Assembly (NCBI GenBank): GCA_025057935.1
Contig: JANWUW010000088.1
Coordinates: 19,425 to 83,424, forward strand
DNA: 64,000 bases
From: Thermoflexales bacterium
GTDB taxonomy: Bacteria; Chloroflexota; Anaerolineae; J036; Brachytrichaceae
Direction of reading: 5' to 3'
The notes below the pieces were generated by a model that saw only the letters and a list, made by a program, of their open reading frames with translations, was not told where the DNA came from and ran no database searches. Numbering within the stretch: position 1 is the stretch's first letter; each line of letters starts with the position of its first letter. The translations under genes and the position numbers were made by a program. This document shows positions 18,001 through 24,569 of the stretch, in pieces.

Positions 18001-18405
18001 GAGCGGGTAGCAGAGGTAAAGCTTGATGCGGACGATGCCGCAACGGATCTGCTCGGCGAGCAGCCGCAGCGCTGCTTGCGCCTGCGCGGTGGGAACGCCG
18101 CGGGTGATCTGCGCGCGCGCTTCGTCGATCACCGCTTGCCGCACAGCGCGCCGATGCCTGCCGTCTGCCAACTTGCGCTCAAACGACGCCGGGTCAACCC
18201 CATGCTCCGGCTGGATCATCCCGAGCAGCACGCGGCACGGCGGATCGCTTGGGTTCGCCGGCAGCGAGCGCACGAGGTTTCCCAGAGCGCTCCAGCCTTT
18301 GACGTTGAGGAAGCCAATGCACACCTTGAACTGATAGGCGCGGTTGGCAAATTGATTGAGCTGGTCGAGCAGCTTGACCTGTTCGTTATCGATGATCGTG
18401 GGCAT
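15004..18405 (-). CDS. PLD(HKD) nuclease-domain / SNF2-family helicase fusion protein
   Basis: Single HKD motif LHAKLYLLRRDDPITPLIGYVGSSNLT (17929-18000). SF2/SNF2 motifs GLGKT (17542-17556), DESH (17326-17337), LLTATPYNK, QRAGRVDRIGQ. 1133 aa. Confidence 0.85.
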   Translation of the reverse strand: MPTIIDNEQVKLLDQLNQFANRAYQFKVCIGFLNVKGWSALGNLVRSLPANPSDPPCRVLLGMIQPEHGVDPASFERKLADGRHRRAVRQAVIDEARAQITRGVPTAQAQAALRLLAEQIRCGIVRIKLYLCYPLHAKLYLLRRDDPITPLIGYVGSSNLTYAGLYEQGELNVDVVDQDAARKLEAWFDQRWEGDCAVDISEDLVEAVERSWASESTAQIPSLAYLVYLKVAYHLSEDARLGKREFELPADLREELMDYQVAAVQTAARLVQRHGGVLLGDVVGLGKTLMATALARVLHEIEPRSTLVICPPKLQPMWERYLDEYLRCVGADAKTLSLGRVIEELPRLRRYRTLIIDESHNLTNRKAQRYQAIYNYIQENDPQVILLTATPYNKRFTDLSNQLRLFLDEQKELPSFPQRYLEEQKAKGVSEHMIAAQLQAPLNSLRCFERSEFPEDWRELLRHYMVRRTRGYIIRNYAQFDAQQRRYFVLVNNRRFYFPERQPRTIKVPLSGTLYDRLYSDEVLTLIEQLTLARYGLAAYVDARALESAPREVKQIAEDLARAGQRLIGFARTSLFKRLESSGRAFLLSIERQILRNAVALHALEQGAPLPIGKQDIARFDPTSQDTEAEFEDEDTDRADMTERVDELDLEARATPEAILGSLRQRAGEVYRSLQEEFEARFRWMPTAYFNRDALSRALEQDNAILARILHLARAWRDDEDPKFTHLLRLIQEEHGMDKVLVFTQFADTAEALGRYLRNRGVNDVGVVTSETDDPSALVRRFSPDANGGLQSGETELRVLITTDTLSEGQNLQDAHIVVNFDLPWAIVRLIQRAGRVDRIGQRHSTILVYSFLPAEGIERVIRLRQSLSRRLLENQQVIGTDETFFDEKAAHTLKELYTEEAHVLSDAEEDDEVDLTSRALEVWLSAPEEMRQRAQALPPQVYVTRRNDTGGPDGAIIFARVVRGAEHEDRLVRVSTSGERLEQSLAEVFEAMRCEPDTPALENPDVFKHMHAAYEALKSAETSATSQEGALGPTRRSRRKLYQRLRRIAENQRASAELRQKAQRLADRLYRFALQGEVEERLRRALQLEMEDAELVELVSSLDDEQKLVVESEPTEARIEILCTMGLKTPQA

Positions 18406-18849
18406 GGGCGTGTTGGGTTGAGAGTTCTTAAGCGCGTTTCACATCTGACAGCGGAGATTGTGGAACCACAGCTGAAGGCAGTGTGAGCGCACGCGGCGCG
18501 CTCCTACAAGAGCCACGTGTATGCGGATTGTGCATTGTGGATTGCGCGCGTTGTAGGGGGCGCCTTTGCGGCACCCTAGCTGTTGTGGGCGTATAGTGCA
18601 TCCTCGCGCGGGTACGCAGGCGAGTTGAGTGCGTCACGCGCACAGCAGGAGCACGTAGCGTATGCCCGAGTGCCAATTATGGGCAGCGCGGGCGTGCGCA
18701 GCGCGAATTGTGTGCCTCGTGCATAGCCCAGGGTCGTGTGAGACTACCTGCGTTGGAGACAAGTGCGTCGCAAGTGCGTAGCCAGCAGAGAATGCTCCAA
18801 ACTCCAAACATATCCATGATGCGAGGTGTGCTTCTTCGTGGCAAGACTG

Positions 18850-19608
18850 TCATTTGCTGTCTCGGCGCAGTGTTGGGTTGCGCTGCCAGAACCTCGACAC
18901 CAGTCGGTCGAAGAAATTCTCAATCCGCAAGCCACTCTGGCTGTCTGGAAAGCTCGGGTGTATCTGCACAGGTGTCGCGTTGAAGTCCACCAAGAGCAGC
19001 GCAGTCTCCTCGTAGTGACCAACTTGCGACTCAGGGTCAATGCGCCCTGACACGCCTTGTAGCAACCGAAGCACGCGCCAGGCAAGAGGTGTAGGCTGCC
19101 CGCTCTGATCAATTACTTGCTCGCCACTTGCTGTCTCGTATGGCAGGATCAACAGGAATCCGAAAGCCAGCATGGGGAAACGCGTGTGCAAGTTAGCTGC
19201 GTCCGCAAAGTATTCCTCGAAGCGATTTCTGGCGTTCGCCGAAATACTGGACATCTGGCTCTTAACCGAGAGCGCCAATAGTGGACCGCTAGTCTCTGAC
19301 CACAGTGCGAGATCGAGTGTCTTGTCTACATAGCCTCCTAGGACGTTGACCTCGCGTTCGAGGAGCAGGTTTTGTGCTCTTCGGGCCGGCGCGCTCTCGG
19401 CAGGCACGACATCAATATCGCGGGTGCGTTCGAGGTGCAGGTTTTGGACTCTTCGGGTCGGCGGCAGATCTGTGCGAAGCAGCTCGCGAATGCACCAATC
19501 GTGGAAAGCTCTGATAAAGCTACTGCTGCGCACTGCCGCTTGAGGATTCTGCTTATAGCTCTCGTAAGCAATTCGAGCGGTGTTCTGTAAGTCTGCTAGG
19601 TCAATCAT
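18850..19608 (-). CDS. 252-aa orphan protein, possible PD-(D/E)xK-like nuclease core
   Basis: Starts 16 nt after the methyltransferase stop on the same strand. YVDKTLDLAL-x11-LALSVKSQ-x14-EE resembles a D...SxK...E variant nuclease core. GC is lower than the flanks. Confidence 0.6.
   Translation of the reverse strand: MIDLADLQNTARIAYESYKQNPQAAVRSSSFIRAFHDWCIRELLRTDLPPTRRVQNLHLERTRDIDVVPAESAPARRAQNLLLEREVNVLGGYVDKTLDLALWSETSGPLLALSVKSQMSSISANARNRFEEYFADAANLHTRFPMLAFGFLLILPYETASGEQVIDQSGQPTPLAWRVLRLLQGVSGRIDPESQVGHYEETALLLVDFNATPVQIHPSFPDSQSGLRIENFFDRLVSRFWQRNPTLRRDSK
19354..19463 (-). repeat. in-frame 38-nt near-duplicate at 72-nt period inside the 252-aa gene
   Basis: 19354-19391 and 19426-19463 match at 34/38 nt. 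They encode P(T/A)RR(V/A)QNL(H/L)LER twice, 24 aa apart. Confidence 0.75.
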
Positions 19609-19624
19609 TTTTTGACTGTTTCGG

Positions 19625-22600
19625 TCAAGTTGAGTGCGCTTTGCTAATGCGTGCCCGCACGAGAGCAGACAGCTCAGCGTATAAGTCGTCCCGTGCAGAC
19701 TGCGTTAAGCCTAGAGCATCGAGTAGCACCGTATCTAGCACTTGTCGGTCCGCCTGCTGCAACTCCTCGTCGAGATCGTAAATGACACGGCATTGCATTT
19801 GCTCAACTGCCTCGATGAGCGCTGCTGTGCGCTTCTTGCCTAGGCTACTTGGGGTAACAATCGGCAGCTCGTTAGCGATGCTGACGTTGATCCCTGACGC
19901 GCCAGCACCAGGCTTGCGTCCAGTCAACTCGAAATACAAGAATGAGAATGAGAAGTTAAGCAATCCGAACAGCACTCGCTCGTCAATCTCTGTTTGATAC
20001 CCGTAGAAGTTCTTGTTCAGCGCACAACTATCAAGATTCCAAGCGAAGAAATAGCGCCGATACACAATCTCAGGCACAACCACTCTGCTACGCAGCAATT
20101 CTCCCAGCTCATACCAGTGGCGCCGTCCCCTGAAGAATGGACGGCGATGAATACCCGCTTTCTCGGCTGCTTGGATATAGTCTCGCACAAGTCGATCCCT
20201 GCAGGTGCGATCAGCGATTAGCACCCAGTAAGCAGCATCTTCTGCGCGGAAGCTGTATCGCTTGCATTCGTTGACGGAGCGCATCACAGGCAATAAGTGG
20301 GAGTCTGGCAGCTCGACTTCTCGTGGCTCTCCGAATGCTGTGGTCAAGTAGAGTCCTGGCGAAAGCCGTTTCACGAAGAAGAAGTCGTTCGCACCAGTAG
20401 TCACCCCGAGACGGGCTACTGCGATCTGTCTGACGGGGATCATCTGCGTGTGAGCCATCAGTAAGTGGAAGACATTTGATGCGCGCAGGTACTTACCCCA
20501 CTTGCTGCCTTCATAGCGTTGCTTCTCATGAAAGGCGAGACTTGCTCCTATACGCTTGCTATCTCGCTGCGATAACCCCTGATTCCAGAGCTCACTACGA
20601 GATACAGGTAGAATGCAACAGTCCGCGCATGTTATTGGGACGCAAGTGTTGTCTGCAGCTTTGAAGACCTCGCCAAGCGGCACCTCGATGAAGGGATGCT
20701 TGAACAGAATGAAACGCACGAAGTCATCCTTGTCGTGACACGCACTGTTGCCAACTAGCGCAATAACAGTGTTAACCTCAGCCCGGCTAAACGAGCGCTC
20801 AGCGCTGTTGTCTATGACCATCCTGAGTCGCCCTTGCTGCAACAAAAACGCTTGCAAGTCACGCCCGTAGCCCACATCGAGCCACGAGTTGGAAGTGATA
20901 AAGCACAGCGTGCCTTTCGGTCCGAGCAATCGCAGGGAAGCAGCGTAGAAGTAGACGTATAGGTCCGCCCAGCCGCTTATGCTTCGTCCATTGCTCGACA
21001 AGCCAGTTCTCACTGCTAGTTGTTGAAGCTTCTCGCGGTAGTTTTGTTTCTGCTGCTCCCATTCACGTGAGCCTTCTCCGCCAAACTCTTCTGGGCTCAG
21101 GCTGGGTGGAGCTATCATCTGCTTGCGCACGTAGGGCGGGTTGCCGATCACGATGTCGAAGCCTTGCGCTTGACCTCCGAAGATTTCCACGAAGGCGATG
21201 TCCCACACGAACGGGGGGTTGCCTCCAGCAGCGTTGAGCGCGCGCTGCGCTTGTCGCAGGCGTTCGTGCTCTGCTTCGAGCGTGGCGATTTCTGCAGCGA
21301 GCGCCTCGTGCTTATCAGCAGCGCCGTCATGGTCGCCGACGCCGCCTACACCGATGCTGAGCTGCGCGCCGGGCAGGTTTGCGAGCGCGCGGCGCTTGTC
21401 CTTCAACGCGTCGCCGAGCGCCTTGATCCGATGTTGCAGGATGTCATGGAACAGCTTGACTTCTGCGTGTCGCAACGCCGACTCGCTCATGCTGGAGCTG
21501 CCCTGGTAGAAGCGCAACTTGTCTGCCTTGAGTTGCGTGATGCGGCCTTGCAGGTTGGGCGGCAGGTTCACGGCGCTGCGGCGCAGCCCGAAGAGCACAT
21601 CGCCGACTTCTTGCACGAGGCTGTCGCCCTGGCGCAGCTTAAATGAGAGGTTGGGCAGCAGCGGCTTAAGCTGCGCCTCGGGCTGGCTCAGCTCGGTCTC
21701 GACGGTGAGCTGGAGCCACAAGCGCAACTCAGCAACGTGCACAGCCCAGTCCATCGCGTCCACGCCGTAGAGCTGCTCGCCGATGATGCGCCGTCGGCGG
21801 TCGTAGGGCGTCTCCTCGCGCCCAAGGGCGTAGGCGCAGCGCGCTTGGAGGTCGTCCAACACTTGCAGCATGCCGACGAGGAACGCGCCGCTGCCGCAAG
21901 CGGGGTCGCAGATGGTGAGGCTGCGCACGGCTGCGTCGAGCGCTGACCAGAGATTTCGCTCTGTGATGCGCTGGTCGGCTTCTTGTTTTTGGTCTGGCTC
22001 GACGGCGAAGACCCACTCGTAGAGCAAGTCGCGTGATACGTCGAGGCGATTCGCCAGCGCGTCCACAAGCGCTAAGCGGCACATCAGGTCTATCTCCACG
22101 CGCGGCGTGTAGAAGATGCCCGCGCGCCCGCGTTGGTCGTCAACAGCGCGCCCGCGCTCGGTGAGGTTAACCAAGCTCTCGTACACCTTGCCGAGCATCT
22201 CGGGGTCCACTGCGACTTCTACGTCCAACGGCGTGGATTCACTCACGGTGAAGTTGTAGCGCTCCAAGAAGCCCGGCGTGCTGTCGTTGAACGCATCGAA
22301 GAGCTGCTCGAAGAAAGCGTCGGGGATGTTGAAGCGGCTGCTGTGTTTGGTGTCGAGATGGTTCTCGGTGAACAGCCCGCCGTTGAGATACGGCATGTGC
22401 GCCAGCGCCTCGCGGATGTGTGGCGGGAAGTGCGCGTGCGCGCTGCTGCCAGCTTGAAAGCGCCGATTGAACGCTTCAAAGAACAGCACTTGCAGCCACT
22501 TCCTGAAGAAAGCGTCCTTGCCGAACGCTTGCTCTCGGTAGCTCTTCCAGAAGTGGCGCACGAAGTGGCGGTCGTTCCCGAGCCAATAGCCGCCATCGGC

Positions 22601-23272
22601 GTAGCGCTTGCGCTGGATGAAGTAGAGGAACAAGAGGCGGTTGAGGAGCTGAAGCGCGTAATCGTGCGCCCAACGCGCGTCTTTGGTCTGTTCGTGAAGC
22701 TCCGCTTGGAGCGCCTCGAAGACGCGCTTGTAGTCTTCGAAGAAGCGCTCGGTGACAGCCTCTACCTTGAAGGCTTCGTCGAGGCACTGCCGCACTTGGC
22801 TCAAGCTAGGTTCTGCATCGTGCGGCAGGCTAAGTTTTCCGAGCTGCTCCAATGTGGTGCGCGCTGGCGCGTTGCGTTCGTAGGGCAGGGTGCGCAGCTC
22901 GGTGGGAGCGTTTGCATCGTGGTAGCGCGGCTGCGGGCGCACGAACAGCGCTTGGTCGCCTTGCTTGTCGAGGTACACCACGAGATGCTCCTCGGCAACA
23001 GGGCGCAGCTTGCGGAAGATCGCGCGGCGCGTGGTGAGGTTGGGCAGCCGATCCAGTTGCAGCGCGAAGACACGCACGCCACCGGCTTCGGCGATGCGCT
23101 CCAGCGTGACTGTTTGCTGCAGCGGCGCGTCCACGTCCAGACGTTGCGAGCCGTGCTCGACGTTCCAGAGCAGCACCTCGCCGAACAAGACGCGCAAGCG
23201 GTCGAAGGTGATCGGCGAGCCTTCGAGATGTTTGGCAAGACGCTTGAGAACGCTGTGGGTTGAGTCGTTCAT
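19625..23272 (-). CDS. large gamma-class N6-adenine DNA methyltransferase with C-terminal TaqI-type specificity region
   Basis: Motif I DPACGSGAF (21881-21907), motif IV NPPY (21131-21142, FDIVIGNPPYVRKQ), C-terminal GVTTGANDFFFV. 1215 aa. No nuclease motif recognised. Confidence 0.85.
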   Translation of the reverse strand: MNDSTHSVLKRLAKHLEGSPITFDRLRVLFGEVLLWNVEHGSQRLDVDAPLQQTVTLERIAEAGGVRVFALQLDRLPNLTTRRAIFRKLRPVAEEHLVVYLDKQGDQALFVRPQPRYHDANAPTELRTLPYERNAPARTTLEQLGKLSLPHDAEPSLSQVRQCLDEAFKVEAVTERFFEDYKRVFEALQAELHEQTKDARWAHDYALQLLNRLLFLYFIQRKRYADGGYWLGNDRHFVRHFWKSYREQAFGKDAFFRKWLQVLFFEAFNRRFQAGSSAHAHFPPHIREALAHMPYLNGGLFTENHLDTKHSSRFNIPDAFFEQLFDAFNDSTPGFLERYNFTVSESTPLDVEVAVDPEMLGKVYESLVNLTERGRAVDDQRGRAGIFYTPRVEIDLMCRLALVDALANRLDVSRDLLYEWVFAVEPDQKQEADQRITERNLWSALDAAVRSLTICDPACGSGAFLVGMLQVLDDLQARCAYALGREETPYDRRRRIIGEQLYGVDAMDWAVHVAELRLWLQLTVETELSQPEAQLKPLLPNLSFKLRQGDSLVQEVGDVLFGLRRSAVNLPPNLQGRITQLKADKLRFYQGSSSMSESALRHAEVKLFHDILQHRIKALGDALKDKRRALANLPGAQLSIGVGGVGDHDGAADKHEALAAEIATLEAEHERLRQAQRALNAAGGNPPFVWDIAFVEIFGGQAQGFDIVIGNPPYVRKQMIAPPSLSPEEFGGEGSREWEQQKQNYREKLQQLAVRTGLSSNGRSISGWADLYVYFYAASLRLLGPKGTLCFITSNSWLDVGYGRDLQAFLLQQGRLRMVIDNSAERSFSRAEVNTVIALVGNSACHDKDDFVRFILFKHPFIEVPLGEVFKAADNTCVPITCADCCILPVSRSELWNQGLSQRDSKRIGASLAFHEKQRYEGSKWGKYLRASNVFHLLMAHTQMIPVRQIAVARLGVTTGANDFFFVKRLSPGLYLTTAFGEPREVELPDSHLLPVMRSVNECKRYSFRAEDAAYWVLIADRTCRDRLVRDYIQAAEKAGIHRRPFFRGRRHWYELGELLRSRVVVPEIVYRRYFFAWNLDSCALNKNFYGYQTEIDERVLFGLLNFSFSFLYFELTGRKPGAGASGINVSIANELPIVTPSSLGKKRTAALIEAVEQMQCRVIYDLDEELQQADRQVLDTVLLDALGLTQSARDDLYAELSALVRARISKAHST

Positions 23273-23352
23273 GCGGATGGCGCTTATGCTCCTCGCGGCG
23301 TTGTCTCAATGTTAATCCATGTAGGCAAGGGCTCGCAAGACGAGCGCGTCGG

Positions 23353-23358
23353 TATAAT
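23353..23358 (+). promoter_or_regulatory. TATAAT -10 box upstream of dnaN
   Basis: cggTATAATcgcc lies 45 nt upstream of ATG 23403. SD AAGGAAGG precedes the start. No good -35. Confidence 0.3.
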
Positions 23359-23402
23359 CGCCAGCCGGCTTCGAATCCACACGGCACTCCAAGGAAGGCG
23401 GC

Positions 23403-24551
23403 ATGAAGGTAACCTGCCTGCAAGAGAACCTCGCGCGCGCGCTCAGCTTGGCAGGACGAGCTGTCGCTCCGCGCACTGCGACGTTGCCAGTGCTCACGCA
23501 CGTGCTGCTGGCAACCGACAACGGTCGCCTGAAGGTCGCCGCGACGAACCTCGAGCTCGGGATTAGCTGCTGGATCGGCGCCAAGGTTGAAAGCGAAGGC
23601 GCGGTGACCGTGCCGGCGCGGGTGCTCAGCGAGTTAGTGTCGCTGTTGCCGCCTGATCAGGTCGAGCTTGAGTTGAACGTGCGCACTCAAGCCTTGCGCG
23701 TGCGCGGCGGTCACACTGATGCCAGCATCAAAGGCATTGACGCGCAAGAGTTCCCCATCATCCCTACCTTCGACGCCGCCTCAGCCGCGCTGGTCAGCCC
23801 AAGTGTGTTGAAGAAGCTCATCGCCCAAGTGGCGTTCGCAGCGACAACCGACGAGGCGCGACCCAATCTCACTGGCGTGCTCACCAAGCTTGAGGATCAG
23901 CAAATCACCATGGTCGCAACGGACGGTTTCCGCCTCAGCTTGCGCAAGGATGCGCTGCACGCGCCAGTTGCCGCAGAAGGGCCGCTCTCGTTGTTGATCC
24001 CGGCGAAGGCGCTCACCGAAGTTGCGCGCGCGCTCGGTGAGCAAGAAAAGCCCGTGGCGATCAGCGTCACCCCTTCGCACGGTCAGGTGCTCTTCCACAT
24101 GGAGAGCGTGGACGTCGTGGCGCAATTGATTGATCAGAAGTTCCCGCCCTACGAGTCCATCATTCCCCGCAAGTGGGACACGCGCGTGGTGGTGAACACG
24201 GCTGAATTCCTCAAGGCGTGTCGCCAAGCCAGCGTCTTCGCGCGCGAATCGGCTGACGCAGTGCGCTTGAGCATCAAGGCAAGCGACGAGCTTGGTCCGG
24301 GGCGCATGCTGGTGAGCGCGCGCGCTGCCGAAAGTGGTGAGAACGTCACCGAGCTGGAGGCAGCGGTCAGCGGCTCAAGCATCGAGATCGGCTTCAACGT
24401 GCGTTTTCTGATCGAGGCGCTGAACGCTGTGGATGCGCCGCAGGTGGCGTTGGAGATGACCACGCCGACCAGCCCAGCAATGCTGCGCGCCGTCGGCGAC
24501 GATCAATTCCTGCACCTCATCATGCCCATGCATCTCTCGCGCGCGACGTGA
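23403..24551 (+). CDS. dnaN: DNA polymerase III beta sliding clamp
   Basis: MKVTCLQENLARALSLAGRAV..., three-domain length (382 aa), C-terminal YLIMPM-like HLIMPMHL. Confidence 0.95.
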   Translation: MKVTCLQENLARALSLAGRAVAPRTATLPVLTHVLLATDNGRLKVAATNLELGISCWIGAKVESEGAVTVPARVLSELVSLLPPDQVELELNVRTQALRVRGGHTDASIKGIDAQEFPIIPTFDAASAALVSPSVLKKLIAQVAFAATTDEARPNLTGVLTKLEDQQITMVATDGFRLSLRKDALHAPVAAEGPLSLLIPAKALTEVARALGEQEKPVAISVTPSHGQVLFHMESVDVVAQLIDQKFPPYESIIPRKWDTRVVVNTAEFLKACRQASVFARESADAVRLSIKASDELGPGRMLVSARAAESGENVTELEAAVSGSSIEIGFNVRFLIEALNAVDAPQVALEMTTPTSPAMLRAVGDDQFLHLIMPMHLSRAT

Positions 24552-24569
24552 GCGGCGCTGAGTCATTGG

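Noticed and set aside
18406-18849. Reading the ATTGTG/TGTGGAT-type motifs in the spacer as degenerate DnaA boxes, which would make it an oriC fragment near dnaN.
   Set aside because: The best matches to TGTGGATAA are only 7/9 (TGTGGATTG), and there are few of them. No DUE-like AT-rich tract exists, and dnaA is not present in the window. The region is kept only as an unexplained regulatory or non-coding finding.
23361-23385. tRNA-like TTCGAATCC and a DnaA-box-like GAATCCACA (23373-23381) upstream of dnaN. I considered a tRNA remnant or att site marking an island border, or an origin element.
   Set aside because: No T-stem or acceptor pairing can be drawn around the TTCGAATCC. The DnaA-box match is a single 7/9 site with no cluster and no AT-rich unwinding element.
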